NCBI GenBank assembly: GCA_964408845.1
Contig: CAYPBC010000001.1
Location: 1-38,206 of the forward strand
Direction of reading: 5' to 3'
Origin: an uncultured Thermoanaerobaculia bacterium
Lineage (GTDB): Bacteria > Acidobacteriota > Thermoanaerobaculia > Thermoanaerobaculales > Sulfomarinibacteraceae
Length of the DNA stretch: 38,206 nucleotides
Position 1 is the stretch's first letter; each line of letters opens with the position of its first letter. A program made the translations under genes and the position numbers. This document shows, piece after piece, positions 1-7,960 of this stretch. The notes under the pieces are model-generated. The model was not told the origin of the DNA. It saw only the letters and a list, made by a program, of their open reading frames with translations, and searched no databases.

Positions 1-114
1 AGGCGCGCCGTAACGTACTGTCAAGTACGACTCCGCGCCCCTCAGATCGAAAACCCCACTGGGCACAGCACCTCGCCGGCCTCGCCACGAAAGCTGGTGA
101 GAAAAGCGGGCTAG
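1..114. repeat. Right arm of palindromic MITE-like repeat, copy A (truncated by window edge)
   Basis: nt 9-114 align without gaps to nt 8038-8143, about 86 of 106 identical by hand count. That region is the right arm of the complete element at 7957-8143. Copy A ends GGTGAGAAAAGCGGG-CTAG; copy B ends GGTGAGATATGCAGG-TTAA. The left arm would lie outside the window. Confidence 0.7.
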
Positions 115-161
115 CAAGTCCGCAGATCGGTTTCTGGGACGGTTACCGGTTACGGTTACAT

Positions 162-1265
162 TCAATCGAGGTAGCGGCCGGAGTTTGGCTTGTGGCCCGA
201 GGAATCCCCGTCAGCGCCGGTCTGGTGCTCGATGACAGGCAGTTTCCGGTCAGGATCAAGCTCCAGGAGCTCACGGCGATGATCCGCGAGAGGATTGGCG
301 CCCAGGACGCGGCCGGAGCTTTCCAGAAACGAATACATGTCGGTGCATCCGCAGCGGGTCATTGGGCAGGGCACTGGACCGGCAAAGAGCCGCGGTAGGC
401 TCTCGTCGAAAAAAGACCCGGCGACCTCGGAATGACACCCCACATGGATACGGCCTGCAGCATCCATCTGGTAGGCGATGCCGGGGAAGAGGCAACGCCG
501 GCCCCGCGGCGATTTTTTTAATGCCCGGTATTGATAGTCGACCTCCTTCGGGAGGTAGCGGCGGAGGAGAGCCAGCTCGTCGGCATCATAGTAGCCCGAG
601 GGCCCCCAGAGCGGGTTGGGGTACAGAGCGATACCCTGTTCGCGGAACAGCTTCCACCTGCGTTCAAAGTCGCTCATGTTCTCGCGGGTGAATACATAGT
701 TGACCTGTCCAATATTGAATCCCTCGGCCCGGAGAACCTCGAGCCGGCGAAGGAACCCAGACTCATCGATCTGACTCGGGTGGAATGTACACATCAGGAT
801 CAACTTCCGGCGGTCGACCTGCCGAAAGGGAAGTGGATCCCAGCGAGCGTTCGTGTCGATGCGGATGGACTCCACTCCGGCCATCGTTGTGAGTGCCACA
901 AGAAGCTTCGGCATCGACTGCCGGTCGAGCATGGGTTCGCCACCGGTGAGAACCAGAGTTGCCCTCTGATCCGAGAAGTGATTCCCAAACGCCTCGATCC
1001 AACGAGCGACCGAGTAGTTGTCGAAAGCGTGCGCCGTGAAGTGCTCGCCGAGCGGCGCATCCCGCTTATGGTTCTGGGGGCAATATGGGCAGCTGTAGTT
1101 GCACCAGCGCGTCAGCTGCCAGCGCAACAGCACCAGCCGTCTCTCCTGGGCGGGCTTCCAGATTGCCAGGAGATCCCGAAACTTCGCGCGATCCCGCCAG
1201 CTCATCCGGCGATATGGCGAGAACAGGTTCCAGAATCTCCGGCGGGTCCTCAACTGGTCAAGCAT
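162..1265 (-). CDS. Radical SAM enzyme with Cys-rich C-terminal (SPASM/twitch-like) region
   Basis: ORF 162..1727 trimmed to ATG 1265 (MLDQLRTRRRF...), because the upstream part only mirrors the neighbouring gene region. CX3CX2C motif read directly (RWCNYSCPYCPQ). GGEP-type SAM motif (LTGGEPML). C-terminal Cys cluster PCPMTRCGC. Alternative start ATG 1205. Protein ends ...SGRYLD. Confidence 0.8.
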   Translation of the reverse strand: MLDQLRTRRRFWNLFSPYRRMSWRDRAKFRDLLAIWKPAQERRLVLLRWQLTRWCNYSCPYCPQNHKRDAPLGEHFTAHAFDNYSVARWIEAFGNHFSDQRATLVLTGGEPMLDRQSMPKLLVALTTMAGVESIRIDTNARWDPLPFRQVDRRKLILMCTFHPSQIDESGFLRRLEVLRAEGFNIGQVNYVFTRENMSDFERRWKLFREQGIALYPNPLWGPSGYYDADELALLRRYLPKEVDYQYRALKKSPRGRRCLFPGIAYQMDAAGRIHVGCHSEVAGSFFDESLPRLFAGPVPCPMTRCGCTDMYSFLESSGRVLGANPLADHRRELLELDPDRKLPVIEHQTGADGDSSGHKPNSGRYLD

Positions 1266-1496
1266 GCACTGGATGATACAAGATCGCCGGCTTCCGTGGG
1301 GGGATCGAAGGTTTTGAACTTGTCCGACGGCGGTCGCCCGCGGAATGCCGCCAACAGGGGAACGGCCCGAAAACGCGAGAGTTCTGGTGACAATCGATCG
1401 ACTGAACGGCCTGTCTTGGACCCCCGAGAGAGTGGGTGTGCTACGTTGGCCGCGGGTCGGCGTGCCCTCATCCCTCAAGAGGAGATCCAACCGACA

Positions 1497-2897
1497 ATGA
1501 AAACCACAAACCGACTGGCGCTGTTTCTTTTCCTCGTTCCGGTCGTAGGTGGTGTCTGTGTCATGATCGGCTGCGGAGCTAGCGACGAGGCGGCTTTCGA
1601 CGACAAGCTGAACCTGATCATCATCTCGCTCGACACGCTGCGGGCCGACCACCTTGGATCGTATGGGTACGAGAGGAATACAAGTCCGAATATCGACCGA
1701 TTCGCAGGAGAATCGACCCTCTTTCAAAACTCGTTTTCAAACTCCAACTGGACACTCCCATCCCACATGTCCTTGATGACCTCGCTGTATCAGACCGAAC
1801 ACAATGTCGTCGGCAAGACAAACAAGCTGTCAACCAGGATTCCGACGCTCGCCGAGGTGTTGAAGCGCGAGGGATACCATACCGCGGCGTTCACTTCCGG
1901 TTACTTCGTTGACCGGAAGTTTGGATTCGACCGGGGATTCGACGTCTACCACCAGTCGTATGACTTTCAGCGTCAGAATAGTGGCCAGGGCTGGCGCCTC
2001 GAGCATCTTGAAAAAGACCTCTTCTCGTGGCTGGATACCCATAGTCAAGAGGATTTCTTTCTCTTTGTCCACAGCTACGATGTCCACGAACCGTTTATTG
2101 CGCACCAATACCTTGAGGAGTTTAGCCCGGATTACAGCGGATGGGCGACCAATCTCCACAACATGGAGAGGTTCAAAGCGAGCCCCGAGTACAAGGCTTA
2201 CGTGGAAAGCGAAGGAGTGAGATACTTCAACATCAATCTCTATTACCAAAAGGTCATCAACGCGGGTCTGATCGAACTTACCGATGCTGACCGCGACCAC
2301 CTGGTGGCCCTGTATGACAACGAGGTGCGGTTTGCAGACGAGTACTTCGGCCGCCTCCGGCAGAAGCTGGAAAGTCTCGGCCTGTGGGAGAACACGGTCA
2401 TCGTGTTGTGGTCTGATCATGGTGAGGAGCTCTTCGAGCGCGGTGGGATTCGGCATGGAGGACAGCAGCTGCACGACGAGGTACTCCGGGTACCGTTGGT
2501 GATTCGGATCCCGGGGGTTGAGCCGAAGGTCACGCCCGAACTCGCCCAGGGAATCGACATCGCACCGACCGCTCTCGATATTCTAGGTATCGCACCCGAG
2601 ACCTCGTTTGCCGGAACGTCGCTCTTCGACGAAGGCGCTTCGAACGCATTTGTGATCGCAGAAGGGAAAGACTGTGAGTGCATCCGGACAGATAAGTGGA
2701 AGCTCAGCGCCCTCAGGGATGGCCGCATTTTCGAGCTCTTCGATCTGGAAGACGATCCGGATGAGAACTCCAATCTGGTGATGAGCCGTTCCGACCAGGT
2801 GACAGAGCTGACCTCCCTGTTGAACGAGGCACTCAACCGGATGGTGACAGACGAACAGATGCGGCAACAGCTCGAAGCCCTCGGTTACCTCGATTGA
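1497..2897 (+). CDS. Sulfatase-family (alkaline phosphatase superfamily) lipoprotein, Thr-nucleophile type
   Basis: ORF 531..2897 trimmed to ATG 1497, with GAGGAG about 12 nt upstream. N-terminus MKTTNRLALFLFLVPVVGGVCVMIGC is a signal peptide with a lipobox-like IGC. Family hallmarks: IIISLDTLRADHLG, WTLPSHMSLMTSLY (Thr codon 1752-1754), VLWSDHGEEL, LRVPLVIRIPG, FELFDLEDDPDENSNL. Ends QLEALGYLD. Confidence 0.85.
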   Translation: MKTTNRLALFLFLVPVVGGVCVMIGCGASDEAAFDDKLNLIIISLDTLRADHLGSYGYERNTSPNIDRFAGESTLFQNSFSNSNWTLPSHMSLMTSLYQTEHNVVGKTNKLSTRIPTLAEVLKREGYHTAAFTSGYFVDRKFGFDRGFDVYHQSYDFQRQNSGQGWRLEHLEKDLFSWLDTHSQEDFFLFVHSYDVHEPFIAHQYLEEFSPDYSGWATNLHNMERFKASPEYKAYVESEGVRYFNINLYYQKVINAGLIELTDADRDHLVALYDNEVRFADEYFGRLRQKLESLGLWENTVIVLWSDHGEELFERGGIRHGGQQLHDEVLRVPLVIRIPGVEPKVTPELAQGIDIAPTALDILGIAPETSFAGTSLFDEGASNAFVIAEGKDCECIRTDKWKLSALRDGRIFELFDLEDDPDENSNLVMSRSDQVTELTSLLNEALNRMVTDEQMRQQLEALGYLD

Positions 2898-2980
2898 GTT
2901 GCGTAGGTGTCAGGACCCAAGTTCAGAATTTCAGGGTTGAAAGATGAGTGTCCGATAGATCCGCGTGGTTGCCTGAGGTG

Positions 2981-3847
2981 ATGATGAAACTGCTTGATCT
3001 CCTACAGCCGTCTCATTCCAGAGCGAACAAGAACATCGTGGTTTTTGGTGCCGGCCGCAGCGGGACGACATGGCTTTCCCAGATTATCGCCAGCGCCGGC
3101 CTCGAGTTCGTGTTCGAGCCTCTCAACCCGGGCGAGGTCCCGGAGGCCAAGGTCTTGAAACCGCTTCCCCTTTATTGCCGAAAGCATGATGCCTTCGAGT
3201 GGGAGGAACTGTTCACGAGGATGATAAACGGTGAGGTTCGGAATTCCTGGACCATTCGCTTGAACCCGGGCGCGGAACGGAAGGTAATCAAGTTCATCCG
3301 CGCCAACCTGCTGATTGAGTGGATCCTTCACAACTTCGACGTCCATCCAGTCTTCATCATCCGAAACCCCCTGGCCGTCGTGGCGTCGATCAAGGAACAG
3401 GGATGGGAGTTGGAGGCCGGGTGGGTTCAAGATGTCCTCACCTCACCACGCCTCAAGCAGCCGTTCTTCTCGAGGATTCCGGAGGTGTCGGAGTGGGTGT
3501 CTCGGGATCTCACTGATGCCGAGGTCAAGGCGCTCTACTGGTGCATTCATAATTACGTTCCGAGGAGACTGGGCTGTTTTAGCAAGCTCCATCTCGTGCG
3601 GTACGAGGAGCTGTGTCAGGATCCCGACAAGGTGTTCGGGACGCTGGCACCGAAGATCGGCATTGAGATGACAGAGAGCATACGGTCTGCGTTCACCAAG
3701 CCGTCGTTGATGCGCGGCAAGCGGCAGGGAAGCAAGGGTTACGACCCGAGAAGAGCCTGGAGAGACGTGCTCTCCCCGGAGGATGTCGAGGCGGTCAAGC
3801 GGATCGTCGGGGCCTTCGGGCTCGAGAGGTACATCGACGACGCCTGA
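2981..3847 (+). CDS. PAPS-dependent sulfotransferase family protein
   Basis: 5-prime PSB loop FGAGRSGTTWLSQ and 3-prime PB-like IIRNPLAVVASI read by eye. The ORF track starts at GTG 2948; ATG 2981 (MMKLLDL) is preferred because GAGG lies just upstream. No signal peptide. Confidence 0.8.
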   Translation: MMKLLDLLQPSHSRANKNIVVFGAGRSGTTWLSQIIASAGLEFVFEPLNPGEVPEAKVLKPLPLYCRKHDAFEWEELFTRMINGEVRNSWTIRLNPGAERKVIKFIRANLLIEWILHNFDVHPVFIIRNPLAVVASIKEQGWELEAGWVQDVLTSPRLKQPFFSRIPEVSEWVSRDLTDAEVKALYWCIHNYVPRRLGCFSKLHLVRYEELCQDPDKVFGTLAPKIGIEMTESIRSAFTKPSLMRGKRQGSKGYDPRRAWRDVLSPEDVEAVKRIVGAFGLERYIDDA

Positions 3848-3869
3848 TGCTCCTCCGGTGGCGGAGGCT

Positions 3870-4721
3870 TCACCACCCGTCGTCGGACTCGTAACCCAAT
3901 TCGATGAGAAGATCTCCGGCCAGTTCCTTGACGATATCCTTGGCCTCGTTGGTCGTGAGGTGGTTCCTCCAGTCTCCAACGACGCCCTTGCGGAAAAGAG
4001 GGCGGACGGTTTTCGCCCGCTCCAGGTGCTCGGCGAGAGGCCTCGGTTCGTCGGCCCCCGGCGATTGAACCAGGTCCGCGTCGGTCAGGCCGAGACCGCT
4101 GAACTCGAGAACCCGGCGCACGGTGGCCTCGAAATCCTCGATCAGGTGCTCGTACGTCAGGCGCAGATGCGGGATCTTCGCTCTTCGCAAGAGCTTTTCG
4201 CACTCCAGGGTCGCCCGGCAGTTCTTCACCGCATGCCACAGGTACGACCAGTGCCGCAGGTACTCACTATCGCCGATTTGCTCGTTTGGCTCGCTGTCCC
4301 CGAGCACCTGCTGGTGGAAGAACTGGAGCGATACGAAAATGTCTCGGGGGTCCCTGTACATGATGACGATACGGGAATCTCGAAAGACATCGTAGTACCG
4401 AGGGAAGGCGAGGACGTTGGATGGTGACTTGTCGATGAGCATCTTGAGATCGGGGTGTCGCTCCCGCTGGAGACGGTAGAGCTCTCTCAGCTTGTCGAGC
4501 GGGCTCAGCGTGGCGTTCTCTCGGACTCGAAGAAACGCGGGGTCGTCGGCCGTCCTCCGATTCCACTGCTTCTCGAGCGGGAACTCGAGAAAGAAAATGA
4601 AATCGAGCTCGCCTGGGGGGGCGAGGAAGGGCCGGACCGACAGCGCCTTGGCCAGCCAGGTGCTGCCGCATTTTCCCGGATTGAGTATGAACAGGTAATC
4701 GCAGAGGGGATCGGTCGCCAT
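3870..4721 (-). CDS. PAPS-dependent sulfotransferase family protein (second, divergent paralog)
   Basis: PSB loop LNPGKCGSTWLAKAL, DKSPSN, and 3-prime PB motif YRDPRDIFVS. Convergent with the first sulfotransferase across a 22-nt gap. No signal peptide. Confidence 0.8.
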   Translation of the reverse strand: MATDPLCDYLFILNPGKCGSTWLAKALSVRPFLAPPGELDFIFFLEFPLEKQWNRRTADDPAFLRVRENATLSPLDKLRELYRLQRERHPDLKMLIDKSPSNVLAFPRYYDVFRDSRIVIMYRDPRDIFVSLQFFHQQVLGDSEPNEQIGDSEYLRHWSYLWHAVKNCRATLECEKLLRRAKIPHLRLTYEHLIEDFEATVRRVLEFSGLGLTDADLVQSPGADEPRPLAEHLERAKTVRPLFRKGVVGDWRNHLTTNEAKDIVKELAGDLLIELGYESDDGW

Positions 4722-4830
4722 CTCTGGACCTCAGCCTTCGCCACACACCGGCCGGTGTAGATTGGAGTGCCGATCGAAGATCTCGCTCGTGGAGTCTACG
4801 CGCATCTCGAAACTTCCTCCGGCTGACATC

Positions 4831-5430
4831 TTAATCGAGGTAGTCCAGCGTCCGGAGCCGCTCCTTAGTGTCCTCGGAAAGCTCCACTTCATTTTTCTGT
4901 GTTGGCGATGAAGAAGCCTGTGGAGTAGCCGGCCTCGCTGAGGCGTTGTGCGAAGCTGGGGCGATCAGCGGGATAGGGGATCTCGAAACACCCATCGCGG
5001 TGCACCCGCGACGAGAACGAACCTTGCCGGTCAACAACTCTGATCCCCAGATCACTCCGACTCCTCCTCCCTCCAGAGATGCTGCTTTGCAGGGACCGAA
5101 CTCCAAGGGGATATTAGCACCCGAGTACGTTGCTCGATTCTCAAGATCCGCTGCTGGGAGCCTGCAGCTGCCTTCTGCCAGTGTGCCCGTCATAATTGGT
5201 GTGGAGTATCGAGGGCGCCGAGGCGCCTTCCTGCCTGTGCTTCGCGACCTAGGAATACTCTTATGTATGTTGAGGAAGCGAAGTGCAGGCAGGGTGGATG
5301 CACCGGCGACCAAATACCACTCCAGTGGTGCCGGAGTACACTACGCTCGGCGACGTCAGCAGCCATTGACACCAAACCCGGAGAGAGGGACTTCGACGTG
5401 AAAGGCGACGGCAATGTCAGCCTGGGAATG
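4831..5430 (-). pseudogene. Decayed sulfatase-family paralog (internal deletion plus frame change)
   Basis: Two frames on the minus strand match the intact paralog at 31057..34110. The tail PTQKNEVELSEDTKERLRTLDYLD-stop (4831-4902) matches AEVELSEETIEQLRTLGYLD-stop in 15/19 positions. An N-proximal piece PADRPSFAQRLSEAGYSTGFFIAN-TEK-stop (about 4889-4972, other frame) matches PRDHPSFARHLGDAGYHTGFFTAN in 16/24. The roughly 800 codons normally between these pieces are missing. Weaker remnants (SPGLVSMAADVAERSVL) lie further upstream. Confidence 0.6.
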
Positions 5431-5438
5431 AAATCACG

Positions 5439-6842
5439 ATGAAAAGGAAGAACCTCGTCCTCATCACGGTCGACGCGCTTCGCCGCGACGCTCTCGGCTG
5501 CACGGGCTCGGCGGGCGCCTCCACGCCGCACCTGGACTCGCTCGCCGAGCGGGGAATCCTCTTCGATCAGGTGATTTCGAACGGGCCCCGGACCCAAGCA
5601 TCCTTCCCCTCGATCATGTGCTCACTCTACCCCCTGGTGGCCGGCGAGCGAAAGGGCCTGCCGGCGGGCGCCGCCACCCTGGCGGAGGCGACCCGCCTCG
5701 CCGGGTACGCGACGGCCGGCTTCAACCCCTCCAACCCCTTCCTCACCCGCGAGACCGGGTACGACAGGGGCTTCGACCTGTTCATCGACTTCTGGGATGT
5801 GCACGACCGCAGGGGGTCACGGGTGAGGAAGGGACCCTGGGCTGCAGCGAAGAAGTCTCTCCATGACGCCATGGGTCGGCGAAACCTCGGCTTCCTCATG
5901 CTCTTTCAGGCCGCGGTACTGGCCGAGGGCGGTCAGTACCTCACGGGGAATCTCATCACCGAGCAGGCGCTGGCCTGGCTCGCCGACCAGAGAGCTCCCT
6001 TCTTTCTCTGGCTGCACTACATGGATGTCCACTACCCCTATCAACCCCTGCCCGGCGAGCGGACGTGGCGCGACCGGCTGTCCTATCTCCGGGGCATGGC
6101 GGGGATGTTGGGGGGACGCCGGCAACCGGCAGCGAGCGCCTTGCGCCGCCTGTACGACTGCCGGGTCGAGCTTGTCGACGGGTTCATCGGGGATTTCCTC
6201 GAGGGACTCGGAGGGTTCGGTTTCGAGAGCGACACCGTAGTCGCCGTCACCTCCGACCACGGGGAGCAGCTCGGCGAGCGCGGCCGCTGGGCGCACGGAC
6301 CCGATCTCCACGACGAGTTGCTCCGGGTCCCGCTAATCCTCCGGGATCCTGATTTGGAGTCATCCCGAGTCATCCGCGAGCAGGTGGAGCTGCTCGGCCT
6401 GGCGCCCACCCTCTTGGATCTTCTCCAGATCGAGGCTCCAGAGACCTTCCTGGGATCGAGCTTTCTGCCCCTGCTGCGCGGGGACTCAGCCGCCGGTGCC
6501 GCCCACGTCTTCAGCGAGGCGATGCACGGCGGCGCACGGCTGAGCCGGACCGGGGTTCCGGACACTCACCGCATCGTCTCCTGCCGCGGGCGCAGCTGGA
6601 AGTACATCCGGGACGACGAGGGTCCGAGCGAGGAGCTTTATGACCTCGAACGCGACCCGGGCGAGCGCACCAACCTCGTCGGCGAGCAGCCGCAGAAGGC
6701 CGGCGAGTTTCGCGGTTTGGTGGAGGACCATGATTCCCTGGTGGTTCGCGAGGCCGCCAGGTACGAGCAGGACGGGGAACGGCCGATGACGACCGACGAC
6801 GAGGAGATGCGGAGGCGCCTCGCGGCTCTAGGGTACCTGTAA
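5439..6842 (+). CDS. Sulfatase-family (alkaline phosphatase superfamily) protein, no signal peptide
   Basis: Starts directly with the catalytic core MKRKNLVLITVDALRRDALG. Nucleophile segment PRTQASFPSIMCSLYP (Thr codon 5592-5594). VAVTSDHGEQLGE, LLRVPLILRDP, ELYDLERDPGERTNLV. Ends RRLAALGYL. Confidence 0.85.
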   Translation: MKRKNLVLITVDALRRDALGCTGSAGASTPHLDSLAERGILFDQVISNGPRTQASFPSIMCSLYPLVAGERKGLPAGAATLAEATRLAGYATAGFNPSNPFLTRETGYDRGFDLFIDFWDVHDRRGSRVRKGPWAAAKKSLHDAMGRRNLGFLMLFQAAVLAEGGQYLTGNLITEQALAWLADQRAPFFLWLHYMDVHYPYQPLPGERTWRDRLSYLRGMAGMLGGRRQPAASALRRLYDCRVELVDGFIGDFLEGLGGFGFESDTVVAVTSDHGEQLGERGRWAHGPDLHDELLRVPLILRDPDLESSRVIREQVELLGLAPTLLDLLQIEAPETFLGSSFLPLLRGDSAAGAAHVFSEAMHGGARLSRTGVPDTHRIVSCRGRSWKYIRDDEGPSEELYDLERDPGERTNLVGEQPQKAGEFRGLVEDHDSLVVREAARYEQDGERPMTTDDEEMRRRLAALGYL

Positions 6843-6889
6843 GGCGGGGGCAAGGCGCGAGTGCGGGAAGGGGTAAGGTCTCCCAGACG

Positions 6890-7960
6890 ATGACGAGCGA
6901 AATCCAGCCTCTCTCAGAATGGTTTCCGGTGGACGATCCGGCGCCGTGGGTGATCGCGGGGCCATGCAGTGCCGAGTCAAGGCAGCAGGTGTTGTCCACC
7001 GCCCGCCAGATTGCCGAAGTCCCCCACGTCAGGGTATTTCGGGCCGGTCTTTGGAAGCCTCGAACACGCCCGGACTCTTTTCAGGGGGTGGGGGAAGCCG
7101 GGCTGGGTTGGCTGCAGGCGGTCAAAGAGGAGACATCGCTGAAGGTCACCACCGAAGTGGCTTGCGCCAAGCATGTGGAGCTGTGTCTGGAGGGTGGCAT
7201 AGACGTTCTCTGGGTTGGAGCGAGAACGACGGTGAACCCGTTCCTTGTACAGGAGATCGCTAACGCGTTGAGGGGCTGTGACCTGCCGGTGATGGTCAAG
7301 AATCCTGTCAGCTCGGAGCTGGGCCTGTGGCTCGGAGCAATAGAGCGGATGTACCAGGCCGGAATAAGGAAGATCGTCGCCATCCACCGGGGGTTTTCGG
7401 TTTACCACGAGACCCAATACCGGAACCAACCAAACTGGCAAATCCCCATTGAACTGAAACGCCGGCTCCCGAATCTCCCTCTGGTCTGTGACCCGAGCCA
7501 TATCGCCGGTGATCGGAAGCTCGTGGGACAAGTTGCTCAAATGGCTCTGGATCTGGGAATTTATGGTCTCATGATCGAGACTCACTGTGATCCTGATCGA
7601 GCCCTGAGCGACGCGAAACAACAGATTACCCCTGAATCGCTGTCGACGTTGCTGCGGACTTTGCGGGTGAGAAAGGCCGGAACCGGTGATCGGCCGCCCG
7701 ACGCCGACATCGCGCGGATTCGATCGTTGATTGATGAAGTGGACCGCCGGATTATTCTCGATTTAGCGGAGCGCCTGAGTCTGGTTGAGGATATTGGCCG
7801 GATCAAGCGCCAGCATCACATTCCGGTATTGCAACTCCACCGGTGGGAAGACCTTCTGGAAGACCACTTGGCGCGCGCCAGGGAAATGGGCCTTGACTCC
7901 CAGTTCATCAAGGCGGTGTTCGAACTTATCCATGCCAAGGCGGTCGAAATGCAGCTTTAA
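6890..7960 (+). CDS. Bifunctional 3-deoxy-7-phosphoheptulonate (DAHP) synthase type I-beta / chorismate mutase
   Basis: N-terminal VIAGPCSAES...VFRAGLWKPRTRPDSFQGVG...CDPSH pattern of the DAHPS/KDO8PS I-beta family. The C-terminal ~90 aa (IARIRSLIDEVDRRIILDLAERLSLVEDIGRIKRQHHIPVLQLHRWEDLL) look like an AroQ-type chorismate mutase. Confidence 0.85.
   Translation: MTSEIQPLSEWFPVDDPAPWVIAGPCSAESRQQVLSTARQIAEVPHVRVFRAGLWKPRTRPDSFQGVGEAGLGWLQAVKEETSLKVTTEVACAKHVELCLEGGIDVLWVGARTTVNPFLVQEIANALRGCDLPVMVKNPVSSELGLWLGAIERMYQAGIRKIVAIHRGFSVYHETQYRNQPNWQIPIELKRRLPNLPLVCDPSHIAGDRKLVGQVAQMALDLGIYGLMIETHCDPDRALSDAKQQITPESLSTLLRTLRVRKAGTGDRPPDADIARIRSLIDEVDRRIILDLAERLSLVEDIGRIKRQHHIPVLQLHRWEDLLEDHLARAREMGLDSQFIKAVFELIHAKAVEMQL

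Noticed and set aside
162-1265. Calling the radical SAM gene an anaerobic sulfatase-maturating enzyme because it sits beside a sulfatase-family gene
   Set aside because: None of the three sulfatase-family proteins has a C/S-x-P-x-R formylglycine motif; Thr occupies that position. There is therefore no obvious substrate for an anSME, and the C-terminal Cys pattern is only partial. It is left as a generic radical SAM.
531-1496. N-terminal 322 codons of the 788-aa ORF 531..2897, and likewise codons upstream of 1265 in ORF 162..1727
   Set aside because: The two long ORFs are mutually antisense here. The recognisable proteins start at ATG 1497 (signal peptide plus lipobox, SD upstream) and ATG 1265 (upstream of the CX3CX2C motif). 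The extensions are Arg/Pro/Gly-rich translations typical of open antisense frames in GC-rich DNA.
4868-5401. 177-aa plus-strand ORF and 160-aa minus-strand ORF (4831..5313) as real small proteins
   Set aside because: The region is better explained as a decayed sulfatase-family paralog read in two minus-strand frames. The plus-strand ORF has no motif, no SD and an odd composition.
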